From Gammaproteobacteria bacterium (GTDB taxonomy: Bacteria > Pseudomonadota > Gammaproteobacteria > UBA12402): 47,569 nt of DNA. This document shows positions 29,023 through 38,873 of the stretch, piece after piece; within the stretch, counting starts at the first letter, position 1; each line of letters opens with the position of its first letter. The notes beneath the pieces are model-generated. The model searched no databases. It saw nothing but the letters and a program-made list of their open reading frames with translations, and was not told where the DNA came from. The stretch covers positions 1 to 47,569 of the forward strand of contig JAFGHQ010000096.1 of NCBI GenBank assembly GCA_016930035.1, read 5' to 3'. Position numbers and translations under genes: made by a program.

Positions 29023-29708
29023 AAAAAACCTTTAAAAAAGAAACACAACATTACCAAGCCCCGGCACCTGAAACGCCTTATCAAAAGGCGCAGCAGGAAT
29101 GGGATGCTCGTTTGGGTAATGCAGCGGTGCAGGCAAAAAATTGGCGATTTGCAGCTATTTTATCTTTACTGGTTTCAATCGTGCTTTTGGTGATGCTTAT
29201 TGCTAGTTTTTCCATGAACCAAAACCACGTTTTTGTAGCGGAAGTAACCAAAGGAGGGCGAATTGTTAATGTTGCGCCGCTTGAAGTTTCTTACCAACCG
29301 AGTCAAGCACAACAGGAATATTTTTTAGGCCGGTTTATTAAATTAATCCGTGGCGTTCCTCTTGATCCTGTACTCGCCAAGCAGAACTGGTTAGAGGCTT
29401 ATCAGTTTTTAACCCAGCGAAGTTCTGAACAATTAAATCGTATTTTACAAAAAAATAATCCGCTCGATTTGTTAGGTAAAAAAACAGTCAGTGTGAATAT
29501 TTCCGATATGAACTTAGTTAATGAAAATACCTTGGAGGTAGACTGGGTGGAAACCATTTTTGATGTGAATGGTCAGCAGCAAGATCAAAAACGTTATAGC
29601 GGTATATTTACTTTAATGGTAAAACAACCTACAACACAAAAAATGATTATGCAAAATCCTTTAGGGATTTATATTGTGGATTTTAATATGTCTTTGAGGA
29701 ACAAATAA
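29019..29708 (+). CDS. trbF: TrbF/VirB8
   Basis: PETPYQKAQQEWDARLG..NWR, NPLGIYI. Confidence 0.9.
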   Translation: MKKTFKKETQHYQAPAPETPYQKAQQEWDARLGNAAVQAKNWRFAAILSLLVSIVLLVMLIASFSMNQNHVFVAEVTKGGRIVNVAPLEVSYQPSQAQQEYFLGRFIKLIRGVPLDPVLAKQNWLEAYQFLTQRSSEQLNRILQKNNPLDLLGKKTVSVNISDMNLVNENTLEVDWVETIFDVNGQQQDQKRYSGIFTLMVKQPTTQKMIMQNPLGIYIVDFNMSLRNK

Positions 29709-29709
29709 A

Positions 29710-30663
29710 ATGAACAATTTTATAAAGACACTATTTTTCGTATTATTGATCGTGACATTATCGGCTTGTGCACAACAGCCGGTGGCTGGTTATAAACCAG
29801 CTGTGTTGCAAAAATCTTCTGACGTACCCGTTAAAACTCGTTATGTTCCTGTTCCTATACCTGGCCAATTAATGCCGAAACCTCAAAATGAGATAAAAGG
29901 GCCTCGTCAGTTAACAGGGGTCTCTGCGGTTAGTGCGGCCAATAAAAAAGCTCAACGCAATCCTCGATCGTCACAATATGTAAATGCCATTATGAATTTC
30001 GATTATATGGATGGCGCGTTATATCAAATTTATTGTGCGCCATTATGTGTAACGGATATTCAATTTCAAGCGAGCGAACGTATTGTTTCTATAGCCGCAG
30101 GTGATACGCTTCGATGGCAAGTTTCGAAAACATATAGTGGTGACGATGCTGATCGTTCCGAACATTTATTGGTTAAACCTATTGAAGAGGATTTAACGAA
30201 TACACTAGTCGTGACCACTGACCGGCGTACTTACCATTTATTGTTGCGATCCACTCGTAGTACATATATGGCGTCAGTACAATGGCGTTATCCAGATTCG
30301 GATGACTTTGTGCGCACATTTGATCGTGCCCCCGGAAAACAGGGATCAGTTTTACCCGCATCTTTGGGTAGGAATGTCGATATCAATCAGCTTGATTTTA
30401 ATTACAATATTCAGTTAGTGAGTGGCGATCAACCGGATTGGATGCCAAAGATGGTATTTACCGACGGACAAAAAACGTATGTTCAGTTCCCTAAAAATAT
30501 GCAGGAAGCCCCTACATTATTTATAGGGACAAGCGCTGGAAATGATCGTGTGGTGAATTATCGCGTGGATGGCGATTATTACATTGTTGATGGAGTCATC
30601 ACACAAGCACAACTGCGATTGGGGCAGATGCAACAGACAGTAGTGCAGATAATTAAAAATTAA
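29710..30663 (+). CDS. trbG: TrbG/VirB9
   Basis: Lipobox LSAC, AAGDTLRW, TTDRRTY, EAPTLF, VNYRVDG. Confidence 0.9.
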   Translation: MNNFIKTLFFVLLIVTLSACAQQPVAGYKPAVLQKSSDVPVKTRYVPVPIPGQLMPKPQNEIKGPRQLTGVSAVSAANKKAQRNPRSSQYVNAIMNFDYMDGALYQIYCAPLCVTDIQFQASERIVSIAAGDTLRWQVSKTYSGDDADRSEHLLVKPIEEDLTNTLVVTTDRRTYHLLLRSTRSTYMASVQWRYPDSDDFVRTFDRAPGKQGSVLPASLGRNVDINQLDFNYNIQLVSGDQPDWMPKMVFTDGQKTYVQFPKNMQEAPTLFIGTSAGNDRVVNYRVDGDYYIVDGVITQAQLRLGQMQQTVVQIIKN

Positions 30664-30696
30664 GAATGGTGGAGTCGCTATTAATTAATAAAGCTC

Positions 30697-31926
30697 ATGA
30701 ATAACGAAACATTATTTACAACAAAAGTAAAGCCGCCTGTACCTGTGCGGGTGAACAAGTGGGTTATTATAACCATTGCGTTGTTGTGTGCCTTTTTAAT
30801 AGCAATAGCCTTAGTTTATGCTTTTCGTACCCCTCAGCATTCTTCAAAGCCGGCTGCGCTAAAACTCGACGATCAAAATCTTGCACCTACCCGTGTGAGC
30901 GCTCAAATAAAAACATTGCCCGGTAGTTATGCAGAAACCACAAAAATAAGATCCATTTTGGATGCGTTAGAGCCGAAACGCCCCATAATTCCTAAAGAAG
31001 TCCAGCAAGAATTAGCATTATTGAAACAACAACAAAGTGTTTTAGAACAACGTTTATCAGGCTTTAATCAACAGCAGCAACAAACTCAGGCAAGCATGAT
31101 TCAAGATCGGCAGGCTAAAGAAAGTGGTTTATTTTTCCCGGGGGCAGCACCGCAAATGTCTACAGATCTTTTTAAAAAAGAGGAACCAACTAAATCGAGT
31201 ACGGAAAAAATAGAGAGTACCAGTGCTCCACAAAGTTCTTATGAACAACAAAATATGCAATCACAAAAGATAAAATTTTTAGAGGCGGCTGATACCCCCA
31301 AAGAAATCTACAATATTCATAGTTTAGTAAAACCCTTATCACCTTATGAAATTCAAGCAGGCACAATTATTCCAGCAGTACTTTTAACGGGGGTGAATAC
31401 CTCTTTGCCGGGAACAGCGGTTGCTCAAATTAGTGAGGATGTTTATGACACAGTAACGGGGCAATATTTATTACTTCCTAAAGGTTCTAAAGTGATTGGT
31501 GAATATGATCCCAAAATTTCTTATGGACAAGAACGCGTTTTAATGGCTTTTACACGAGTTATTCGGCCTGATGGATCATCTATTTTATTGAGTAAAACAA
31601 CAGGGACTGATTTACAAGGGAGTGCGGGGGTGAAAGGTGATGTGAATAATCACTGGATGCGAATCTTGGGCGCTGCGACATTATCGACAATTTTAAGTGT
31701 TGGTGCCGGGGTGGCGGCGGATAATCAAGGAAATGATAATACCAATTATCGCAGTGCAGCACAGAATGCTATTTTAGGTGGCGCTGGGGCAATTGCACAA
31801 ACGGGTCAAGGTCTAACGGATCGTGCGATGGACATCCAGCCCACATTGACAATTCCCTCTGGTTTTGAATTTAACATCATTGTTCAAAAAGACATGATTT
31901 TAGAGCCGTACAGTTATGCGACTTAG
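30697..31926 (+). CDS. trbI: TrbI/VirB10
   Basis: SPYEIQAGTIIPAVLLTGVNTSLPG, GQERV, DIQPTLTIPSG. Confidence 0.9.
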   Translation: MNNETLFTTKVKPPVPVRVNKWVIITIALLCAFLIAIALVYAFRTPQHSSKPAALKLDDQNLAPTRVSAQIKTLPGSYAETTKIRSILDALEPKRPIIPKEVQQELALLKQQQSVLEQRLSGFNQQQQQTQASMIQDRQAKESGLFFPGAAPQMSTDLFKKEEPTKSSTEKIESTSAPQSSYEQQNMQSQKIKFLEAADTPKEIYNIHSLVKPLSPYEIQAGTIIPAVLLTGVNTSLPGTAVAQISEDVYDTVTGQYLLLPKGSKVIGEYDPKISYGQERVLMAFTRVIRPDGSSILLSKTTGTDLQGSAGVKGDVNNHWMRILGAATLSTILSVGAGVAADNQGNDNTNYRSAAQNAILGGAGAIAQTGQGLTDRAMDIQPTLTIPSGFEFNIIVQKDMILEPYSYAT

Positions 31927-32329
31927 TAAGACAGAAAAAGCATTAGTTTCTTTAATAAAAAAATCTTATCCTAAGGTAGAGGCTATTTATTTATTCGGGA
32001 GTTTCGGAACAAAATTCGAAACGCCAGCTAGTGATATTGATTTGGCTATATTATTGCCATCTGCAACAAATACTGTTGCTTTATGGGAAAAATCTCAAAA
32101 AATTGCTTCGAAAATGAGGCGAGATGTGGATTTGATTGATCTCAAACAGGTTTCTACTGTATTTCAATATCAGATCATCAACACGGGCAAACGTCTTTAT
32201 TGCCCAGACACAGCTAAATGTGATTTTTTCGAAAATAATGTGTTTTCTGAGTATTTAGATTTTAACCAACGACGCAAACCCATTTTAGAAGATATCGAAC
32301 AACGAGGAAGAATCTTAAGTGAAAGATGA
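31916..32329 (+). CDS. mntA: MntA-like minimal nucleotidyltransferase antitoxin (type VII TA)
   Basis: YLFGS-x10-DIDLA; overlaps the trbI stop. Confidence 0.88.
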   Translation: MRLSKTEKALVSLIKKSYPKVEAIYLFGSFGTKFETPASDIDLAILLPSATNTVALWEKSQKIASKMRRDVDLIDLKQVSTVFQYQIINTGKRLYCPDTAKCDFFENNVFSEYLDFNQRRKPILEDIEQRGRILSER

Positions 32330-32726
32330 TGTCATTGTTAATAAAGTGGAAACTATTGAACGCTGTATTAAACGTATTCAAGAAGAATATATCGGTTTTG
32401 AAACAGAATTTAAAACGAATTATACCAAACAGGACGCCATTATTTTGAATTTGCAACGTGCTTGTGAAGCAACTATTGATATTGGCATGAGAATGATTCG
32501 TTTAAAAGAATTAGGTATTCCCCAAAGTACTCGGGAAGTTTTCGTAAAACTTGAAGAGGCAAATATAATTTCTCAACAATTAAGTCAACACCTTCAAGCA
32601 ATGGTGGGTTTTAGAAATATTGCCGTACATGATTACAGTAGACTTAATCTCGAGATAGTGAGAGTTATTGTTGAAGATTATTTACAAGATTTAAGATCAT
32701 TCTGTAAAATTGCTTTGGAAAAATAA
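32319..32726 (+). CDS. hepT: HepT/DUF86 HEPN RNase toxin
   Basis: LNLQRACEATID, GFRNIAVHDY (RX4HXY). Confidence 0.9.
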   Translation: MKDDVIVNKVETIERCIKRIQEEYIGFETEFKTNYTKQDAIILNLQRACEATIDIGMRMIRLKELGIPQSTREVFVKLEEANIISQQLSQHLQAMVGFRNIAVHDYSRLNLEIVRVIVEDYLQDLRSFCKIALEK

Positions 32727-32772
32727 CTTGAATTTTGTGAATTTATGTCAGTGATTATTTGATGTGGGGTGA

Positions 32773-32805
32773 TTTAAGATTTTCTTAAGATTTATGTGCT
32801 AAAAT
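32773..32805 (+). promoter_or_regulatory. PmrA-type box plus -10 element
   Basis: tTTAA-ga-TT-tt-cTTAA-N11-TAAAAT. Confidence 0.75.
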
Positions 32806-32885
32806 ATTAATTTAAGGCCAGCGATTTCGGAGCTCAATGAAATTTAGCTCGGGAATCGCTGATTTAAAGCGAGTATATTTTAATT

Positions 32886-33188
32886 ATGGCAAATAAACGA
32901 AAATCTTGGGGTAAATTCATCGTTGATGGCAATTTAGAGGGAACGGATGATGGTTCACACACGACTAGTGGCATGAATTTTTTAAAATCTTTAACTAAAG
33001 TTCCATTAGCGCTTTTACAACAGGTGAAACAGAATCGACTAGCCATTACATTATCCAAACAGGCTAGACCCGAGCTTGGCCCTCGTCCCAGTTTAGGTCC
33101 TCCTCGTCCAAGCCCTGGTCCAGGAAGCCCTTATAGTCCATTTCGTGCCCCGTCGCCTGAGGAAGAAGAACCTGAAGATGAAAAATAG
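32886..33188 (+). CDS. Small Pro-rich protein with acidic C-terminus, candidate effector
   Basis: RPELGPRPSLGPPRPSPGPGSPYSP...EEEEPEDEK; PmrA-type box upstream. Confidence 0.65.
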   Translation: MANKRKSWGKFIVDGNLEGTDDGSHTTSGMNFLKSLTKVPLALLQQVKQNRLAITLSKQARPELGPRPSLGPPRPSPGPGSPYSPFRAPSPEEEEPEDEK

Positions 33189-33256
33189 GGCACATTAACG
33201 TCATTTATGGATAATAATGGCCTAATTGATATCATTTAAAATTTAGTACTATTAAT

Positions 33257-33664
33257 ATGTTCGAAAATTTGATTTTAGGCATTAACCATTACATTGAAGT
33301 TTATGGTCAAGATCCCTTATTTTGGTTATCGTGGGGATTTTTTTTATATTTCTGTAGTGTGTTTGTCTACACAATTTTGCGAAAATTATTTACTAAAAAA
33401 ACAAAGAGTCAAGAGGCGCTCAAAGGTACTCCTACAGAACCTATTGTTTCCTTGTCTGAACTTAAACCCAAGCGCTCCAAAACCGATGATATTGATTATG
33501 GACGATTATCGGGAGAAGATGTGATTGCAACGAAACTCGATTTGGCTCATGCCTATATAGAAATGAATGATCATGATCATGCAAAAGAAGTATTGGAAAG
33601 TGTCATCGCGGAAGGAAACGATACCCAAAAAGCAGAAGCGAAAGATTTGTTAAAGAACATATGA
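33257..33664 (+). CDS. Mini-FimV/HubP (transmembrane segment plus FimV C-terminal domain)
   Basis: TKLDLAHAYIEMND...AKEVLESVIAEG...KAEAKDLL; canonical position before truA. Confidence 0.85.
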   Translation: MFENLILGINHYIEVYGQDPLFWLSWGFFLYFCSVFVYTILRKLFTKKTKSQEALKGTPTEPIVSLSELKPKRSKTDDIDYGRLSGEDVIATKLDLAHAYIEMNDHDHAKEVLESVIAEGNDTQKAEAKDLLKNI

Positions 33665-33667
33665 TTT

Positions 33668-34474
33668 ATGCGCATTGCACTTTGTTTGGAATATGATGGG
33701 TCCCATTTTTATGGATGGCAATATCAAAATCCTCAACTAAGAACTGTTCAAATGGTGCTTGAACAAGCACTTTCAAAAGTAGCAGACAAACCGATTCAAG
33801 TAGTTTGTGCGGGCAGAACCGATAAGGGCGTTCACGCACTTAATCAAATAGTTCATTTTGATACGGATGTATCACGATTAGAAAAAGCCTGGGTTCTGGG
33901 CGGTAATGCTTATTTGTCTCGTGATGTTTCAATCAAATGGGCTAAACTAATGCCCGATGATTTTCATGCGCGTTTTTCGGCAAAGTCACGTCATTACCGC
34001 TATTTTTTGTATGATCATCCCATACGCTCCGCAGTCAATCGTCAATATGTCGGGTGGTTTTATAGCAGTCTTAATGAAACTTTGATGCAAAAAGCAGCTC
34101 AATATTTACTGGGTGAACATGACTTTTCATCTTTTCGTGGAGCGGACTGCCAATCGTTATCTCCTGTACGAGAAATTTTTGAAATCAGTGTTCAGCGTCA
34201 AATTTTGGAAAAATTTTCGTATGCTTGTATTGTTATCGATGTGATTGCCAATGCATTTTTGCATCATATGGTACGCAATATTGTAGGTGCATTGATTCCT
34301 GTGGGGCAGCAACAACAACCTGTTGAGCATATTCAAAAAATTTTAAAAACTTGTGATCGAAAAGCAGCCGGGTTAACTGCTTCACCTAATGGATTATTTT
34401 TGGTAGGAGTAAATTATAACGAGAGGTATAATCTAAAAGATTTCCCCGCGGCTTGTGGCGGGGATTTTTATTGA
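33668..34474 (+). CDS. truA: tRNA pseudouridine(38-40) synthase
   Basis: EYDGS..GWQ, AGRTDKGVHA, FHARFSA, FLHHMVRNIVG. Confidence 0.96.
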   Translation: MRIALCLEYDGSHFYGWQYQNPQLRTVQMVLEQALSKVADKPIQVVCAGRTDKGVHALNQIVHFDTDVSRLEKAWVLGGNAYLSRDVSIKWAKLMPDDFHARFSAKSRHYRYFLYDHPIRSAVNRQYVGWFYSSLNETLMQKAAQYLLGEHDFSSFRGADCQSLSPVREIFEISVQRQILEKFSYACIVIDVIANAFLHHMVRNIVGALIPVGQQQQPVEHIQKILKTCDRKAAGLTASPNGLFLVGVNYNERYNLKDFPAACGGDFY

Positions 34475-34495
34475 TCGCTTTAAAGAGAAAAAAAT

Positions 34496-35338
34496 ATGAG
34501 TTGGTTTACACGATTGCTTCCTTCCATTAGTTCAAAAGGTCATAAAAAAGATATTCCTGAAGGGATTTGGAGCAAATGTGAAGAATGCCAATCTATTTTG
34601 TATCGTGCAGAACTCGAGCGAAATTTAATGGTTTGTCCTAAATGTCAACATCATATGTATATTAGCGCTCGGAACCGATTGCTTCATTTTTTGGATAAAA
34701 ATGGTACAGAAGAAATCGCGGCAGACTTAGAAACGCTAGATTGGTTGAAATTTAGTGATAGACGCAAGTATAAAGATCGTTTGCAGGCTGCACGCAAGAA
34801 AACCGGCGAAAAAAGCGCATTAGTAGTTTTTCACGGCAAATTAGAAAAAAAAGCAATCGTTGCGTGCGCGTTTGAATATGAATTTATTGGCGGATCAATG
34901 GGGGCAGCAGTAGGTGAAAAATTTGTGCAAGCTGTTCAAATCGCTTTAAAAAATCGCATTCCTTTAGTTTGTTTTTCTGCAAGTGGCGGAGCAAGGATGC
35001 AAGAAGGTTTAGTTTCATTAATGCAAATGGCTAAAGTAAGTGCTGCACTTGCGAAGTTAGATGAGGCCAAAATTCCTTATATTTCAGTTTTAACGCATCC
35101 GACCATGGGTGGAGTATCTGCAAGTCTTGCCATGCTTGGTGATATCATTATCGCAGAACCCAAAGCTTTGGTAGGTTTTTCTGGTCCTCGAGTGATCGAA
35201 CAAACGATCCATCAAAAATTACCTGATGGTTTTCAACGGAGTGAATTTTTACTTGAACATGGCGCAATCGATATGATTGTAGATCGCAGAGAACTTCGTG
35301 TAAAAATAAGAAGTTTATTGGAAAAGATATATAAATAA
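34496..35338 (+). CDS. accD: Acetyl-CoA carboxylase carboxyltransferase beta subunit
   Basis: CEEC..CPKC zinc finger, [25 protein letters not shown]. Confidence 0.97.
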   Translation: MSWFTRLLPSISSKGHKKDIPEGIWSKCEECQSILYRAELERNLMVCPKCQHHMYISARNRLLHFLDKNGTEEIAADLETLDWLKFSDRRKYKDRLQAARKKTGEKSALVVFHGKLEKKAIVACAFEYEFIGGSMGAAVGEKFVQAVQIALKNRIPLVCFSASGGARMQEGLVSLMQMAKVSAALAKLDEAKIPYISVLTHPTMGGVSASLAMLGDIIIAEPKALVGFSGPRVIEQTIHQKLPDGFQRSEFLLEHGAIDMIVDRRELRVKIRSLLEKIYK

Positions 35339-35382
35339 TGACGCTTTATGCAACACTACCATTTTTAATTCTTAATTAATTT

Positions 35383-36636
35383 ATGGTCCTTATACAATGG
35401 CTTTCAAAACTTGAGCAATCGAGACGTTCCGAATCTCCGGTAAAAGCACTTGCTGAAACAAAATTATTGGTTGAAAAACTGGGAATTTTGTCTTGTTTTA
35501 AAAATGTGATCACAGTCGGGGGTACGAACGGGAAAGGCTCTTGTGTCGCACTCTTAGAATCTATTTATTTAGCTTCGGGATATCGTGTCGGAACCTTTAC
35601 TTCACCTCATCTCTTCCGCTTCAATGAACGTATTCGTATCCAAAATCAACCTGTCAAAGATGAGCTTATTTGTAAAGCTTTTGAAAAAATAGCTGCCATT
35701 CAAGGCCCCATTACGTTAAGTTATTTTCAGTACTCATTTTTAGCGGCCCTTTTGATTTTTAAAAACGCGAATTTAGATTTAGTGATTTTAGAAGTGGGGA
35801 TCGGTGGGCGATATGATGCGGTGAATGTGATTGAACCTGATCTTTCCATTATCACTAACATTGGCATGGATCATATGGATATCTTAGGAGATACTCGGGA
35901 GAAAATTGCTATTGAAAAAGCAGGGATCATGCGCCAAGGGAAACCCGTGATTTGTGGCGATCTTCGTCCTCCTCAGAATATTTATACACTCGCCGAGGAG
36001 AAGGGGGCACGACTTTATGTGCAGGGAAAAGATTTTGAGTACCAATCGAAAGATGATTATTGGAATTTTCAATTAAAAAATAAGGAATTAAGGCGACTTC
36101 CTCTCCCTCAAATTGAACTGATCAATGCGGCCACGGTGTTGATGGCGATCAATTGCTTTCAAAAACATTTAGTTACTGATGAAAAAAACATTCAGCAAGG
36201 ATTAAAAAATGTTTTTATGCCAGGCCGATGCCAACTGATCACTTACCAAGACATCCCGATTTTATTTGATGTTGCGCATAATGTTCCTGCTGTAGAAAAT
36301 TTAAAACGTAATATTCAATCACGCCATGTTCGGGGGAATGTATATGCTGTTTTTGGTATCATGAGTGACAAAGATGTTAGGGGTGTTTTAAGCACGATGT
36401 TAGCGATTATTGATCGCTGGTTTGTTGCGACGTTACCGGAGCCGAGAACCGTCTTATCAGAGCAAATAAAAGCGATACTTTTAGAACAACAAATAGCACC
36501 TCATAAAATCCAATGTTATAATAATCCTACTTTAGGGTTTCAAGAGGCATTAAAACAAGCTTCGTCTAAAGATCTTATCGTGGTTTTTGGTTCATTTAGA
36601 ACCGTTGCCATTATTATGCAATATGCGGGGGAATAA
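35383..36636 (+). CDS. folC: Dihydrofolate/folylpolyglutamate synthase
   Basis: GTNGKGS, TSPHL..FNERI, LEVGIGGRYDAVN, DVAHN. Confidence 0.95.
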   Translation: MVLIQWLSKLEQSRRSESPVKALAETKLLVEKLGILSCFKNVITVGGTNGKGSCVALLESIYLASGYRVGTFTSPHLFRFNERIRIQNQPVKDELICKAFEKIAAIQGPITLSYFQYSFLAALLIFKNANLDLVILEVGIGGRYDAVNVIEPDLSIITNIGMDHMDILGDTREKIAIEKAGIMRQGKPVICGDLRPPQNIYTLAEEKGARLYVQGKDFEYQSKDDYWNFQLKNKELRRLPLPQIELINAATVLMAINCFQKHLVTDEKNIQQGLKNVFMPGRCQLITYQDIPILFDVAHNVPAVENLKRNIQSRHVRGNVYAVFGIMSDKDVRGVLSTMLAIIDRWFVATLPEPRTVLSEQIKAILLEQQIAPHKIQCYNNPTLGFQEALKQASSKDLIVVFGSFRTVAIIMQYAGE

Positions 36637-36642
36637 AATACT

Positions 36643-37506
36643 ATGGACTCAAAAATGAAACATCGTTTAATTGGACTTATCGTATTGGTGGCATTGATTG
36701 TTATTTTCTTACCGATGCTTTTTAAGAAAGAAAGTCAGGAAGTATCTATGATTGTGCAATCACCTCAAAAACCAAGCGTGAGTGAGGATAAGTTGACAAT
36801 GCCTGTTACAGAATCATCTGAGGGTGTGGTATCTCAAGTACCATCAGAATCAGAACAAGCAGCCCCAGAAATATCGGAAGATGAAGAAGCTGCTTTACCG
36901 AGCGAGGGAGAAGAAACAATTCAGCCGCCAGCGCCGGAGGTAACGCCAGTCATTCCAGCAGCTCCGGTAACGATAAAACCGCAGGTCATCGCAATTCCGA
37001 AACAACCTATAGTAGCTACTTCGGTCGCATCTGTCGTTGCCAGACCGCAAGTGAAGCTTCCAACGAAGCCGCAAATAACAACACCTACTATCACTACTGT
37101 CACGACGAGTGTAAAGCCTCCAATCAAAGTAACTAAAGTAAGTCCGAAGCCTATTTATACACCCATTATTCATGCACCCAAGATCATTGCACCTCAAAAA
37201 ATGGTCTCTGTTCCAAAAATTTCTTATCAAAAACGCAAACAGGTGGCACAAAAACTGGATCGAGGTTGGGTTGTTCAAATGGGTAGTTTTACAGAAAAGG
37301 CACGGGCCGAAAATTTGGTGAAACGATTGCAAAAATCTGGGTTTAAAGCCTTTAGTTATCAAACGAAAACAGCTAGAGGAATGGTTATTCGGGTTTATGT
37401 GGGCCCAGTGGTTCATCGGGATCAAGCAGAGGTATTGCTCCAAAAAGTTCAACAAAAAATGAAACTCAAAGGATTTGTTGCGTCTTATAAACCCACAAAA
37501 CTTTGA
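36643..37506 (+). CDS. dedD: SPOR-domain cell division protein
   Basis: KHRLIG transmembrane segment, Pro/Thr linker, WVVQMGSF..RVYVGP. Confidence 0.88.
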   Translation: MDSKMKHRLIGLIVLVALIVIFLPMLFKKESQEVSMIVQSPQKPSVSEDKLTMPVTESSEGVVSQVPSESEQAAPEISEDEEAALPSEGEETIQPPAPEVTPVIPAAPVTIKPQVIAIPKQPIVATSVASVVARPQVKLPTKPQITTPTITTVTTSVKPPIKVTKVSPKPIYTPIIHAPKIIAPQKMVSVPKISYQKRKQVAQKLDRGWVVQMGSFTEKARAENLVKRLQKSGFKAFSYQTKTARGMVIRVYVGPVVHRDQAEVLLQKVQQKMKLKGFVASYKPTKL

Positions 37507-37518
37507 GGAGTCTAAAAA

Positions 37519-38070
37519 ATGGATATCTTTAGTTATTTCAATTGGTTTGATTATACATTAATTGCAATTGTTATTTTTTCTTTATTAATTGGTCTTATGC
37601 GGGGTATGTTGCGCGAATTGCTATCTTTAGCAACATGGCTCGCTGCTATTTTAGTTGCCATTTTCTTTTCGAGTCATTTGGCAGGATTTTTTGGGCAGCA
37701 TATTAAATCACCTATTTTTGCATCTATCTTAAGTTTTATTTTGTTATTTTTTATTACGTTTATTATTGGTACTTTAGTGAATTACATCATTTCGGGTTTG
37801 GCAGGGAAATCAGGTGTTTTATTTATCGATCGTTTACTGGGGGCTTTGTTTGGATTCATCCGAGGAGTAGTTATAGCACTTTTCATGATATTAGTTATTA
37901 TTAATACAGGGTTTAAAAAAGCAGATTGGTTTACGCAATCTCTATCTTCAAAACAGTTAAGCAGTATGGTTGAAAATCTCACGAAAGAATTTATAGCGCC
38001 TATCATGCAAAAGAAACACCCAGTTGGAGAAATAAAATCATTAACTTCCGATATAGCAAAAAATAAGTAG
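37519..38070 (+). CDS. cvpA: CvpA-family membrane protein
   Basis: NWFDY..GLMRGMLRE, DRLLGALFGFIRG. Confidence 0.92.
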   Translation: MDIFSYFNWFDYTLIAIVIFSLLIGLMRGMLRELLSLATWLAAILVAIFFSSHLAGFFGQHIKSPIFASILSFILLFFITFIIGTLVNYIISGLAGKSGVLFIDRLLGALFGFIRGVVIALFMILVIINTGFKKADWFTQSLSSKQLSSMVENLTKEFIAPIMQKKHPVGEIKSLTSDIAKNK

Positions 38071-38094
38071 AGACAAGTCGCGACCTGTCCGTAC
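38067..38094. repeat. GTAG-type palindrome supplying the cvpA stop
   Basis: gTAGagacaagtcgcgacctgtccgtac. Confidence 0.85.
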
Positions 38095-38103
38095 AGTATA
38101 TAT

Positions 38104-38841
38104 ATGAAACGTAACTATCAATTGTTATTTTTAAGTTTTATATTATGGGGGGGCGCTTTATTTTGCTTTGCTCAAGATTTTAAAATGGTAGGGATAGCGG
38201 GTTACTCCACAAATTTAAGTTCCGATAAAGCTCAGTTTGTTCATTCAATCATTACTGTTACCAAACATATTAATTTACAGATTTATAAAAAACAATCACG
38301 GCTTATAAAACTTAATCAAGCATTTCTTAAAGGACAGCAACTATCACGAGCGGATCGAGAGTGGCTTGAAAATTTAGCAAAATATTATTATGTTAATACT
38401 TCGGATTTCTCAAAAAGAGCTGTTTTTCGAGTGCTAAGAAGACGCGTAGATGTTTTACCTATTTCTCTTGTGGTGGCTCAAGCAGTTTATGAATCGGATT
38501 GGGGCCAATCTCGTTTTGCCAAAGTAGGGAATAATTACTTTGGTCTTCGATGTTATACGAAGGGTTGTGGCCTTGTGCCTGCACAGCGGCCAAAAGAAGC
38601 TGTTTTTGAAGTAAAACAATTTCCTAATATGACCGCAGCTGTTCAATATTACATCCATACATTAAATACGTTTAAACATTATAAAAAGTTACGGGATCTG
38701 CGTTATGAGCAGAGAATGGCGGGTGAACCATTGGATGGTACATTACTTGCGGCAGGACTCGAGGCTTATGCTCAGCAAGACTATTATATTAAAGCAATTC
38801 AGAGTATTATTAAGCAATATGAATTTTATAGATATGATTGA
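38104..38841 (+). CDS. Bax-like glucosaminidase (GH73/FlgJ-related)
   Basis: RVDVLPISLVVAQAVYESDWGQSRFA..GNNYFG..C..GCG. Confidence 0.85.
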   Translation: MKRNYQLLFLSFILWGGALFCFAQDFKMVGIAGYSTNLSSDKAQFVHSIITVTKHINLQIYKKQSRLIKLNQAFLKGQQLSRADREWLENLAKYYYVNTSDFSKRAVFRVLRRRVDVLPISLVVAQAVYESDWGQSRFAKVGNNYFGLRCYTKGCGLVPAQRPKEAVFEVKQFPNMTAAVQYYIHTLNTFKHYKKLRDLRYEQRMAGEPLDGTLLAAGLEAYAQQDYYIKAIQSIIKQYEFYRYD

Positions 38842-38873
38842 TGCATATCATATGATCCGAAGAGGATATTTTT

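Noticed and set aside
25954-31926. Complete conjugative ICE or Dot/Icm system
   Set aside because: No relaxase, coupling protein, TrbB/J/L or integrase in the window; the proteins are Trb/VirB type, not Dot/Icm
34443-34464. GC-rich hairpin at the truA 3' end as a repeat-derived C-terminus or terminator
   Set aside because: Single copy in the window, lying within the CDS of an apparent operon; cannot be assigned
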